Below the pieces are notes generated by a model. The model was given only the letters and a program-made list of their open reading frames with translations, did no database searches and was not told the origin of the DNA. Source: Cyanophora paradoxa CCMP329 (lineage: Eukaryota; Plantae; Glaucophyta). From it: a stretch of DNA of 64,000 bases. Every line of letters begins with the position of its first letter. The stretch's first letter is position 1. The position numbers were made by a program, and so were the translations under genes. The stretch covers positions 124,001 to 188,000 of the forward strand of contig QPMI01000483.1 in NCBI GenBank assembly GCA_004431415.1, in the 5' to 3' direction. Below, piece by piece: positions 33,403 to 48,756 of this stretch.

Positions 33403-36400
33403 TCAGGAGGCGGCGGCGTCGAGGTCGGCGAGGGGGATGGAGGAGGGCGGGGCCTCGGGGCCGGCGGAGACGACGGCGACGGACATCGGGTCGAGGGGCA
33501 GCGCCGCGGCGACGGCGTTCACGTCGGCCAGCGTCAGGCTCTGGTAGAACTGCGCGCCGCGCGCTCGGGCGGGGAGGGGCCGTGGAGGGGGCGGGGAGGA
33601 GGAGGGGGCGGACCTCCGGGATGTTGCGGACGGATGGGAGGTGCTTGGGGGAGGCGGCAGTGTGGAGGTGCGTGAGGACGCGCCGCCAGAAGCCGTTCGA
33701 CGCGAGGTCCGTCCGCATCGTCGCCACCGTCGGACCCAGCGCCTGGCCCGCCACACTCGAGGCCCCGCGGCGGGCGGTGGCCGGGGGGGGGGGGGGGGGG
33801 GGGGGGGGGTTGTTACGGCGGCGCACGTTCTCGAACTCGAGCGCGGAAATGCCGTCGCGCTTCACGGATCGCATCAGCTCCACCGCCGCCTCGATCGTCA
33901 TGTCTGCGGGGCAGCTTTGGCGGCGCCGAGGGGGCGAGGGGGGCGGGGCGGCGGCACCGATCTTGTCTGGGAAGGGGGTCAATTCTAGTGATGCTACCTG
34001 TGGGTAAGTTCCAAGGGGGTAAGTGATGCTTTCCTCGGAAGAGAGGTGGAAGAGAGGGGCGGGTGAACGGTACCCCCGAGTCGAGGCTTCATCGCCACGA
34101 TTCAGATCAGAGCTCGTCGGTAATAGACGCAGGGCGCGCCGCCGGCTCACGGCTTACCCGTTGAAGGTTACGTAGCTGTAGCTCACCGAGTAGAGCAGCG
34201 AGCGTTCCTCCCGAATCTCCTTGTACAGCCGGTTGTTCACCGCCTCGCTGCGCGGGCCGCGTCGAGCCGGGCGGGGCGGCGGGGCAAGGCGGGGCGGGGC
34301 GGGGCGGGGCGCGCACCAGAGGACGGCGAGGCAGCGGGGGACGAACATGGGGTGCGAGCGGCGGGCGCGCTCGGCGGGGTCCGAGGCGGGGAAGGAGGCG
34401 GGGCCGACGAGGGGGGCCTCCCCCACGAGGCCCCAGCTGTTGATGGAGGGGAAGGCGAGGCAGACGCGCACGCGCTCCTTGTCGTCCGGGATGTGGTACC
34501 GCCGCTGCCGCGCCGCTCGGCGCGCGGTCCCCGCCGGGGGGCGCAGCGAGGGCGCACCCGCACGGGGCCCGAGGCGAATGCGAGGCGCCGCTCGAAGGGG
34601 AAGGAGGGGAGGGGCAGGGGCCAGCCCTGCGCGCCCGGCGCCTCGGTGCCGGCCACGTGGTGGTGGTGCCGCGCGTGCGCGTGCGCGTGCGCCGGCGTCG
34701 TCGCCGCCGCCGCTGCCGTCGGAGTGAGGCAGGAGCACAACCGAGGGCGCAGAGGCGGGGGGCGAACGAGAGGGAGGGGGCGGCGGGTACGAGACGGGCG
34801 CGGCGCCGGAGAAGTCGAGCGTGCCGCAGTAGCTGAGAGCAGGGGCGTGGGCGGGATGCGGGTGGCGGGGCGGGGCGGGGGCGGGGGGCACCGGAGGATG
34901 GCGGCCTCGAGGGCGTCGGGCTCGAAGTCGCCGACGACGGAGAGCTCGAGGAGGGGCAGGTGCGCGGCGACCGCCCGCCGGCACGTCTCCACGCTCAGCG
35001 CGCGCAGCTCCGCCTCGTTCGGGCCCACCTGCGCCCCGCTGAGAGGGAGGGAGAGAGGGGAGGGGAGGGGAGGGGGAGCAGCGGGGGGCCGGGCGGGCGG
35101 CGCGCGCCATGCGGCCGTCGTACTCGGGGCTGACGACCGTCCCGAAGGCCTCGTGGGAGGCCAGCTTGGAGGGGGACCTGCCGGCGCCTCGGCGCTCGCC
35201 CCCGGGCGGCCGCGGGGCGGGGCGGGGGCGGACTTGTAGAGGCGGGAGAGCTCGACGAGCTCCTCCTTGATGATGCGCTTGAAGGGGGTCGCGAGGTCGT
35301 CCTCGGAGCGCGGCTGGGCGGCGGCCGGCTCGGAGGGGGCCGGCGGGAGGGGGGCGGGGGCGGCGCGCACGTGGCCGACGACGAGGTGGAGGAGCTGGAG
35401 GGCCCGCGCCACGTCCCCCGCGCTGCAGCTGAACCTGCGCCCCGCTCGCTCCGCCCCGCCCCGCCCCACAGCCGGCGCGGGGGCAGGCCGCGCACTTGAT
35501 CCACACATTGTCCGTGCCGCCCGCGCCGCTGAAGCCGACCGAGTGGCGCCCGCACCACTTCGCTATGATCTGCGCGACGCGTGAGACGCGGGGCGGGTGG
35601 GCGCGGGGGCGGGAGCGGCGGGCGGGCCTCGAGGGGGAAGGGTCCGGCGCCGCCCTCGGTGAGGAGCCGCATGCCGATGCCGACGGCGCCCTTGGCCCCG
35701 ACACCGGCCTCGAGGGCCCTGCGGGGGTGTCACGGCCGCCGGCGGCGGGGGCAGGGCGGGCGGGGCGGGCGCACCGGCCGCCGCGGGCGTTGAGGAGGAA
35801 GGCGACTTGGCGCCGCTCGAAGTCCGTGCGCTTGTAGTTCACCCGCATCCCGTTCGAGAGCTGCATCATCACGACCCCCGTCCCCCCGTCCACCGCCCGC
35901 GGGCCCGCCGGGCCCGCCTCCTCCCGCACCCCGCTCTGCGCGGCCCCGGCTGAGCCGGCGCGCCGGGCGACAGACGAAGCGAGGGGAACTCGCCTCGACG
36001 CCCCGCTCGGCCTCGAGGAGGGCGCGGAGGGCCTCGTCCTGCACCGGCACGAACTTGGGGCAGCGCTCCGCTGCGCCCCCCGGCGCCCGTCAAGGCAGGC
36101 GCGGAGGGGGCAGGGGAGGGGCAGCGGGGCGCACCGACAAGGCGGGCAAGGGCGGCCTCGTCGACCAAGTCCGCCGGCACGACCGCCTCCTCCGGGGCCT
36201 CCGCTGCCCCCACGCGCTCAGCCCGGGGGCGGCGCGCGCGGGGGGCCAGGAGGGAGCCGGCGCGCCTCCCTTCGCGATGGTCGCGCGGATGATGGCGACG
36301 ATCTCGGCCTTGAACACAAGATTTCAAAACGAAGTAAAATTAGATGACTGAAAAAAAAGATAGACCTCCTCCAGCACGAAGCGCGCCGCCTTTCGCTTTT

Positions 36401-39092
36401 TCCCGCCGCGCTTCGCGCCCGCCCCGCGCCCTGCCGCCGGCGCCGCCCGCTTCTTCGCCTCCTTCGCCTGGCCCGCGGGCCCCGCCTGCTCGTCCTCGTC
36501 GTCCTCCTCATCCTCGTCGCCATCCTCGTCGGGCTCCTCCTCCTTGCCGGCCTTGAGCCAGAGGCGCGGCTTCTCGACGGGGCCGGTGATGCCGCGGATG
36601 GTGGGCATCTCGACGGGGCCCCACGCCATCAGGCACGGCGGCGCCTTCAGGTACCTGCGCGCTCGTCAGGGGGCGGCCGCGGGGACGGCGCCGGCGCCCG
36701 CGCCTGCAGGCGGCCGTCACCAGCGGGTCGCCATCCTCCGATGCATCCTCCGCCGCCCCGTTCGCAGCCCCCGGCCCCGAGCTCGACGAGCCGCCTGCGC
36801 TCGCGTCGGACGCGCCGCGGGAGAAGCGGCGGGCGGCGGGCCGGCCGGCACCCTTTGCGGCGTCGTAGGCCTGGACAAAGGTGTGGAGGAGGGAGAAGAG
36901 GGTCGCCGCGCGCTCGTTGCACGCCTCGCGCGTCACGCACGCCGCCACCTGCCGCGCCCGTGAGCTCGAGGCCGGCGGGGGCAGGCAAAGCGGCGCCCGG
37001 CGCACCGCGAGGTTGTACGCGTGCTCCTGCTTGTCGTCGACGAAGACGGAGCCTGCGGTCGCGCCCGCTCAGCGGAGCCCTCGCCTGGCCGCGGGCGGCG
37101 GGCGGCGGGCGGCGGGGCGGGGCGGGCCGATGGTGGAGTCCTCGGCGAGGTCGTCGATGAGCTCTTCCGAGCGCGTCGTCTCCGCCGACTCCGCGCCCCG
37201 CTCGCTCTCTGCCCCCGCGCTCAGCTCCCGGGCCGGGGGCGAGCGCGGGCTCGGCGGACCTTTGAGGACGGTGGCGAGGCAGCGCTCGAACTCCTCCGCC
37301 GTCAGGCCGTGCTGCGCGCGCACCAGGTCACGGGCCCGGCCGGAAGCGGGGCGGGGCGGGGCGGGGCGGGGCGGTGCGGTGCGGGGCGGGGCGGGGCGGT
37401 GCGGACGGTGGCCATGCGGAGGGCCTCGCGCACGAGGATCTCGAGCGCCTCCTTCCACTCGTGCGGCTCCGCGTAGACGGTCAGGGCGTGCGTGCCGCAC
37501 CCCTCCGTCGGGCTGTCCGTGTAGTCCCAGTCCGCCCCGAGCAGCGGCGCCGGCCCCTCCTTCGTCCCCTGCAGGATGGCGTCGATGCGGGCGTCCCACG
37601 CGTGGCCGATGATCCTGCGGCGGCGTGTCGGGGGGCGCGCGGCGGGGCGGTGGGCGCGGGCGGGGCACGTGTCGACGACGCAGAGGTAGACGTTGTTGAG
37701 GGTGCGGAGCGGGCAGAGAGGGACCTTGACGGCGACCGAGAGGTTGAACTGCTGGAAGAGCGAGTGCTGGAAGACCTCCACGAGCGGCTCCGCCGTCCGC
37801 CCGAACCGGTGCGAGATCGCCACGGGGCCCGCCGCCTTCACCGCCCCCGTCTTCGTGCACGGCGGCTCCGCCGGCGCCTCCGCCCCAAAGAGAGCCTCGA
37901 TCAGCGCCTTCGCCTGCTCCACCTCCACGTCCCCTGCGCACCGGCGTGAACACGGGTTACGGGCGGGGACGGCGCGAGAACGGACGCACCCACTAAAAAC
38001 AAGGTCATATACTGCGGCTTGTACCAGCGCTCCTGCGGGCGGCATCAGCTGCGGGCGCGCGGGCGCGCGGGGGGAGGCTCACGTAGAAGCGGCGGAGGTC
38101 AGCGCCGCCCCACCGCTTGATCTGGGCCTCGTCGCCGATGGGGAAGCGGGAGGGGAGGGCAGTCTCGCCGTGCATCTGCTTGTAGGACTGCACGGCGAGA
38201 CGGTGCTTCACCGTGTTCCGCATCTGCAGCTCCGAGAGGACAGCGCCCCGCTCGCTCTCCACGTCCGCGTCCCGTAGCAGCGCCTTGAACGCCAGCTGGT
38301 GCATCACGTCCAGCACCTGCGCCACCTCAGCCCCGGCGCCGGACGCGGCGGGCGGTCCGATCAGCGCGGGCGCGCCTGGAAAAGGTTCGCATCGACGCCG
38401 GGGACGGGGAGCTTGTCGGCGGGGACCGCCTCGGCGGAGGGGTCGGCCGCCGTTGTCGGCGAGTTAAATGTGTAAACAGTCTCGCCGAAGTCCGTGTACG
38501 CGTTCGAGTCCCCGCCCCAGCTCATGCTGCCGGCGAGTCGGCCCCCGTCCCCGGCGACGACGCCGCCCGCAAGAACGAAAGGCGCACCCCAGACGAGCGA
38601 GGATCTGCTTGATCTCTTCGGATGTCTGGTATTTTTCCGTTCCCTGGATTGAGGACGTAAGCACCGGGCGCTCCCACACGCTGGCGTAATCCCCGCGGCG
38701 ATCGCACCAAAAAGACGACGTGCTCCAGAAAATGCGCGATGCCTTTCTGATCGTCGGCCTCGTTTAACGAACCCACGCGTACCTATGATGGCAAGCGTCG
38801 CCAGCGTTAGCTAGCACCCTGGTAGCGGCGAAAGGCGCGGCGGGGCGGCGCCGGGGTGTGACTCCCGGGGGAGTGAGGTATACCTGCAGGTTGGCATAGA
38901 ATCGGTTCGGAGGTGATTGCTTGTTAACGATGATCTTGTACTCCAGGCCGTTCGTGAGCGTGCCTGTGTAGCCATCAAGGTGCGCAGCCCCCCACCCCCA
39001 TGTAGCCCGGCGGGCCCCCTCGGGAGCGTGCCTGTGTGGAGACGCTCGTTTTGGGTGACCTCCTGCGTGAGCAGGGCCACATCCCTGCCCAT
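33403..39092 (-). CDS. M16 metallopeptidase of the stromal processing peptidase (SPP) type, many introns
   Basis: PPNRFYANLQ|VRVGSLNEADDQKGIAHFLEH (HxxEH), NAYTDF, RFPIGDEAQIKRW, VFQHSLFQQF, LSNGMRVNYK, RLYKEIREERSLLYSV. Confidence 0.88.
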
Positions 39093-39393
39093 GGCGAGCG
39101 CCCGACGTCGTCGGCGACGCGATCGGCGCCCTGTAGAGGCTGAGCTAACGTAGCTAGCGCTCGGTCGTAGCCGGATGAGGCAGCCAGGTGCGCGCGGGGA
39201 TGAGCTCAGCCTCAATTCAGATGGGTACGCATTCTCGTCATTCGAGCTGGCAGCGCTCGAACCGACAGCCGCACGCCACGGAGACCGCCCGGAGAGTATA
39301 CGTAGGGCGCGCTCGTCGGCGCCGGCAAGCACCGGCACGAAGCCAGAGTTCAAGCACCGTTAAGCCGAAGCTAAGCCAAAGCCGCTGAGCCCG

Positions 39394-42363
<2,970 letters not shown>

Positions 42364-42594
42364 CGTCCGCAACGCCTCCGTATGTCTTTTCAATTTAGAG
42401 TCGGAATGCATGTTCATGGGCGGAAAGCAGGGAGGCAAGGGGGCTGGGGGGTTCGAGAGGGGGGAGGGGGAGGGGGGGGAGGGGGAGGGGGGAAGGCGGA
42501 GGCGGGAGCCGGAGCTTCAGCCATCGAGATCTGCGAGGAAGGGCGAAAAGTCAAGAGTCAACATTTTGAACGACACGCACAGCTAGCGCACCTA

Positions 42595-43150
42595 TCATAG
42601 TATCACTTCCGGGCGCCGCTTCCGGCTTGGCAAATCCTTGACAGGGAGCTCCGCCTCATACTCAGAGACAGGCCGGACAAGGTCTGGGCGCAGCCCGGCA
42701 ACCATGAAAAATCTAGACTCTGAGAGTAGGCGGGCATTAGGGGGATTAATTATAAGAAGTAGAGAAGGGCGACCGCACAGCCTCGACCGGTAGTAGACTG
42801 TGAAAGTCGAAAAAATGTCGGAGAGTATGTACTCACTCCAGGCGTCCCCGTCCGCCAGGGCGCCGAGCACCTTTGCCTTCTTTTTTAAATTTGCTGGGGC
42901 GAATAGACTCTGAGAGCAGGGTCGAAGATGCGCCGTATGGCTTCTTCCCCGTGGGGCAGGCACGCGTCAGGGTTTCTGAGATGGGACTGAAGCTCCGAGG
43001 CTCAGCTGTCGAGGAGCCCACCATTGAACTTCGGAAGCTGCAGCTGTGCCTGACTGAAGGGATGCGCTCTTCGGCCACTGGGAGTTCGCTGCAGCTGGCA
43101 ACTTTTCCTCTCCGATGAAGCACGCTCGACCCGACGAACGCTTCAGCACC
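42595..43150 (-). CDS. Small hypothetical gene; structure unresolved
   Basis: Overlapping minus-strand ORFs and intron-like segments between RecQ and the PNPOx-like gene; no family recognised. Confidence 0.3.
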
Positions 43151-43259
43151 CTCGCGGCGGCGCAGCTTGGCGAAATCGATATCGATCGCTGGAACTTTGA
43201 ACGACGAAGTCGCTTCCCCCGGTGCCGAACCAGGGTCTATCGACCAAGCGGCTTAAAGC

Positions 43260-44141
43260 ATGGCGAGCGGCGCACACCGAGCGCCGTGCGCACGCCGCGA
43301 CCGAGCGCCGCGCACGCTGGACTAACCACCTCCTGCAGCTGGAAGGCGCTCGTCGACGCCTCGCTGGAGGCGAACCGGGACAGCGCTAGCCGATTCTTGC
43401 AGCTTGCGACGATGCGCGAGAGCGGGCACCCCGCTAATCGGACTGTCGTCTTCCGTGCGCTCTCGCGGCCGTGGCCAGGCGATCGTATGCATCCCGGCTT
43501 AGATGCGTCCAGGCGGCTGGCGCAAGAGCGACGAGACCCAGCTCCTTTTCGTGACGGACCGGCGAAGCGAGAAGGTGCGTCACGTTTGTTTGCTCGGGCG
43601 CGCGTGCCGATGCCCTCGCTTGGGCAGGTGAAGGAGATCCGGCGGTGCGCGTGGTCCGAGGTCTGCTGGTACTTCCCAAAGGTGCTCCCCTGTTGCTTAC
43701 GTGTCTCGAGAAGTCTCCAGCTGAGTGCGCTGTGCAGACAAGAGAGTTCGTCTTCAGCGGCTTTTTATCTTGGTCTCTTGATTTCGGCCGCGGGCTCACG
43801 CGGCGCGGGGCAGGCAGTACCGCATCACGGGGACGTTGCAGGCGGTGGCAGAGGGGGACTCCGAACTGGCGGAGGAGCGTGCTGAGATCTGGCGGACAGT
43901 CTCGGAGGCAACGCGGGCGCAGTTCACGTGGCCTGCGTCGGGCCTGCCCGTGGACCCCGTAAAGGGCTGGTCCCCAAGCCCCGAGCCGCCGCACCCCACG
44001 GTCCCCGCGGCGGACTTCGTGCTGCTCATCCTGACGCCGACCTCGGTCGACTGGCTCACGCTCACGCCGCCCGCGCGGCAGCTCTTCCACCCGGACCCCG
44101 CGCGGCCCGGCTCGTGGGTCGGCCAGCACGTAAATCCGTAG
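43260..44141 (+). CDS. Pyridoxamine 5'-phosphate oxidase-like FMN-binding protein (Alr4036 type)
   Basis: FLQLATM...PANRTVVFR, FVTDRRSEK, EVCWYFPK, QYRITG, C-terminal DWLTL...WVGQHVNP. Confidence 0.88.
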
Positions 44142-44234
44142 CCGCCTATCCGATGATCTCTTTATAGAATATATGTACATGAGGGGGGCGCCCGCGTCGT
44201 AGCTCGCGGTGGGCGCCCGGCGCCGCGCCGGCAG

Positions 44235-46193
44235 TTAGAAGCAGATGTTGACCTTGCTGAAGAAGCTCTTCTCGCCGGCAGCCGGCACCCCCTTCTCCCC
44301 ATCCCGGTAGACCGGGGGGTACCCCGGCGGGGGCTGCGGGTAGCCCGCAGGCGCGGGCTGCGGGTATCCAGCAGGCGCGCCGCCCATCGGGTAGTACCCG
44401 CCTGGGAAGGATTGAGGTTAGCCGGCGTTAATCAAGGAGGGCAACGGCGCGCGTACCCTGGGCCTGGGGATACGGGTTCGCGGCAGGGTAGGGGTTCGGG
44501 GTTCCGACAGGGTACCCCTGGACGGGCTGGCCGACGGGGATGGCCTGCATCGGCTGCTGCTGGGGCGGGACGGCCGCGGGCTTGCCCGCGGCCGGCTTGT
44601 TCATCGCGTTGATGGCGTGCGCTCCGATCGCTGCGCCACCCGCGCCGCCCACCATAGCGCCTCCGATGCGACCGAACGCCCCGCCGCCGAGCTCCCCTCC
44701 GATGGCGCCACCGATGGCGCCGCCGGCGCCACCCATCGCCGCCGGGATGAGGCCCTGCGGGGGCATCGGCGGCGCGTCGCTCTCGTCGGGCGCGGGGCTC
44801 ACGAGGGGGCTAATGCGCTGGCCCATGAAGACCTGGAACAAGGCGCTCGTACCCGCGGCCATACCTGCGCGGCCGGCTCGGGCTGCAAGAGGCGGGGCGA
44901 GGCGGGACGGGGGGCGGACCGGCGGAGATGAGGATGTTCTCGATGAAGCGCTGGCGGACGGGCGGCTCGGGGGCGCCCCACGGGAAGCACGACGAGCCGG
45001 AGGGGAGGCCACGCGACCGCGTCGGCTCCTTGTAGTACGAGTGCTGCGGGGGGGCAGAGTTCGAGCCGGTGGGGCGCGGCACGCGAGGACAGCGGGCGCG
45101 CCTTCTCGGCGAAGATCATGGCGACGGGGCTGTAGATGACCCCCGTCTGCTTCTCCAGGTTCGCGCTCCAGCTGCCGCCCGCGGCTCGGCCCGGCGTCCG
45201 ATGCCGCGGGGCGGGACGCGGGCCGGAGACCTGGCGAGGAGCTCGTTGGCTGTGTGGCGGCCGGCCTCGGAGAAGCCGGTCTTGAGCTCGCTGTCCGAGG
45301 CGTCCAGTGCCGCCTTGAGGGAGATCAGGCAGTGGAAGGCGTTCTGCCGGAGCCGCGCGTCCTGCGGGCTCCTGCACCGCCCCGCTCGCCCAGGCGTGCG
45401 GGACGCGGGGCGAGACGGGGGCGCGGGGGCACCGCTTGAGGGCCTCGAGGATGGCGGCGTCGCCGTGCCAGTCGAGGACGACGAGGGCCGAGCCTGCGCC
45501 CCGCGCGCGCCGGTCGGCCCCGCGCCGCGGGGAGCGGCGGATGCCCCTCGCACCGCGGTCGATGGCCTTCTTCAGGAAGGCGACGCCCTCGGCGCAGACG
45601 CGCGCGTCCTTGAACTCCGACTGCGACCGGCCCGGCCCGGCGTCACGGGACGGGGGCGACGGCCGGAGCCGCGCAGCGGGCGCCCACCTTCGCCATGCTA
45701 GTGATGACGGCCTCCACGGTCGTGTTGGGGGGGAAGGCTGGGCCCTCGATCGGCGCGGCGCGGGGGCGGCAGGCGGGGAGCTAGGCACCCTGGCCCTCAG
45801 TGGCGACGTCGAGGAGGCGGGCGAGGGCCGGCGCGTTCTTCTGGACGGCGGCGGCGAGGCGGGGGCGGCTGGCGAGGGCGGGGCCGGCCGCCCGCGTGTT
45901 CAGCGCCGCCGAGTACGCGAGCTTGGAGATGCGGTCGTCGCCGGCGAACTGCGCGGCGATGCGCTCGACGGCGTCCAGGCCGCCGTCCTCGACGAAGTCC
46001 GCCGCCGCGACTGCCGCCCCGCGCTCGTGAGGCCCATTGCGTCGCGGGGGACGCAGGGTCCGGAGGTGAGCGCACACTCGCCGGCGCCGATGCCCCGGCT
46101 GAGGTGGATGAGCGCCTGGATGGCCTCATCCCGCGATCCGGCGTCCCGGCATGCAGAGACGGCGCGCTCGCTGGAGGAGAGTCCGAACACCAT
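44235..46193 (-). CDS. Hypothetical protein: helical N-terminus, glycine-zipper segment, Pro/Gly/Tyr-rich tail
   Basis: Exons splice from MVFGLSS... through GGAGGAIGGAIGGELGGGAFGRIGGAMVGGAGGAAIG and GYPQP repeats to SFFSKVNICF*. Confidence 0.7.
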
Positions 46194-46642
46194 CGCTACT
46201 GCGGACGTACGCTGAGTGTGGCAAACAGGTGGCCCCAGGACACGGGCATGGCTCGCGCGGCCTAGCTCCTAGAGGCGAGATTAATGTGGAGACGCATGCC
46301 ATAGGTCTAGGTTGAGCGATCTAGCTCCTCCCGAGTAACGGCAATCGAGCCGGAAGCTAGGGGCGTCAATAACACGACGCGCGCGGCGTTGCTGTGATGA
46401 AGAAAACCCGCGGCCGGCAATCCCTGCACTCGACCCGCGGAGCTGGCTGATTCGCAACGCCAAGGCGTGGACGCGCCTCTAGATCTCGGACGCGCAGGCT
46501 GATAAGCTAATTTTAAGGCATCTGCAACGCCGGGAAGTGCACGTGTGGGGAGGGCGAGGCGAGGCGGATGAGACGCACCGGCTGGGGTACTGTAGACGCG
46601 CCGGGGTACGCACTTGTTCGACAGGTTCGACAGAGAGTGATC

Positions 46643-48038
46643 ATGGCCGCGTTCGCCACCACCGTGCCCGTCGTTGCCCGCGCCCAGGCCGTCGCCGGCT
46701 CGTCGGCGGTGTGCACCAAGCCGTCGAAGGTCGCCATCAAGAACACCTTCGCCGCCCCGGAGAAGAAGTCGTTCTTCGGCGCCTCGTCGATCAAGTTCGA
46801 GGCCAAGGCTGCCGCTCCGGCCGTCTTCCGCGTCGCGGCTGAGTGCCACAGCGACCACGTTCCGTGCCTGGTTGGCCAGACCACCCCCGCGTGGACTGCC
46901 CAGGCCGTGAAGGACCAGTGCGTGGCATTTCGCGGTCAATGCTTGGTTTAGCGGCTTCGTATTCTAGTCGCTAGAGGAATAGCGTCGAAACTTCAGCTGC
47001 GCGCAAGATTCTTCGTCGGTCGACGTTGGGAAGATTGAAGCGGCGCATCGCTTGGGCACTCCTGGGGCTCTCCAGCGTTGCATCGCATCTGTTCTGATCA
47101 TTCTGCGTCCCAGGGAGTTCGTCACCCTCTCCGACAAGGACTTCCGCGGTTAGTCCGAACCCTCATTATTACGTGGTATGTTCGCTGGCTCACAAACGCC
47201 CGCTCGCAGGCAAGTACTCCGTCCTCTGTAAGTCACTTCGCGATACGTATACTCGCAATGGCTGGCGACGCTGCCGGCTGGAAGGCTTGCTCTGACCTCG
47301 CTCGCAGTCTTCTACCCTCTGGACTTCACTTTCGTCTGCCCCACCGAGATCATCGCGTTCTCTGACCGCTATGATGACTTCAAGAAGATCAACTGCGAGG
47401 TGCGCACGGCAGCGACCCCTGATGTGCGGCCACGAAACGGTGGGGCGCACCCCTGACGGTTCGCGTGCCCGCAGGTCGCGGCCGTCTCCGTCGACTCCGT
47501 CTACACCCACCTTGCCTGGGTCCAGACCCCGCGCTCGGAGGGCGGCCTCGGCGACATGAAGATTCCGATCATCGCCGACCTCACCAAGGACATGAGCAAG
47601 AAGTTCGGCGTCCTCTTCGAGAAGGAGGGCATCTCCTTCCGGTGCGCATTGCTCTTTGCCTTCTTTCAGCATGGCGTTCCATTGCCTCATGGTGCTTCCC
47701 GTAGTGGCCTGTTCGTCATCTCCCCGGAGGGCGTCATCCGCCACATCACCATCAACGACCGTGCGCCGCCCTTTCCGCTTTCTTCTCGTCTTGCGCTTGC
47801 TTTGCTAATGCTAAACAGTGCCGGTCGGCCGCAACGTCGATGAGGTCCTCCGCATCGTCCAGGCCTTCCAGGTCAGACCCTCAAGCATTCTTCTTGAATT
47901 GGTTTTCGCTCAACTCGCGCCGTGCAGTACGCCGACTCGCACGACGACGAGGTGTGCCCGGCTGGCTGGACCCCGGGTGACAAGACCATGGTCCCGGACC
48001 CGGAGAAGAAGAAGGACTGGTTCAAGGCTCTTAACTAG
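46643..48038 (+). CDS. Plastid-targeted 2-Cys peroxiredoxin, multi-exon
   Basis: Transit peptide [10 protein letters not shown]...; [44 protein letters not shown]. Confidence 0.95.
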
Positions 48039-48756
48039 AGTGTCAGAGCCTCAGATAGGGTACTTTCAATACTATTTAATACTCGCATCTACTCGATCCG
48101 GGGGAGCTCTGGGATGAAAGGGTCCCGCGGGGCTGGAGCCGGCGACGGGTTGAAAGGACTGTCAAGCGGGTGCTGCGTGCGGTCTCAGCAGATGCAGAGG
48201 AGCTTGCGAATTAACCATGGCAAAAGCTCACTTCCTTCAGTGGTGTCTCCGGGTCCATGGGATGATCAGGCAAGACACGCTTCATTGGCTCGGACAGCCC
48301 GCGGTCGGGCCCGGGCGCTTCGGGCATCGTGGGCAGGGGGAAATCGCGGCCGGGCCGGGGCGGCGGCGGCGGTCGCGGCTCGGGAACCTCGAATGTACGG
48401 CGGGCCGGTTCCGGGGGCTGTGCGCAGCAGCAAGAGACGTCACATCAGATGATATATGATTGAACAATTGCAAGCGACTCGCAGATCGCGAGACGAAGAT
48501 CGAGCACGGCACCGTGAATTCTGGAATCATGTCGGGGCGCGTCTCTGGCGCCTGCGAGGGGCGTACGCGTCAACACTTTGCAAAAATCAAATGAAACTCT
48601 AAACAGAGGCACCTCGATGCCTGGGCGCGGCACAGAAGGCGGCCCGGGGCGAGCAGGGACGGGCGGAAACTCGCGCTGCGGCGTTCGCGGCACCTCCGGC
48701 ACGCGCGGCTCCCCAGGATCAATTTCCGGCACGAGGCCGCATCGCGCCTCCCCCTT

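Noticed and set aside
48100-48700. Additional gene between Prx and SMYD
   Set aside because: Only short ORFs with no recognisable motif or consistent exon chain.
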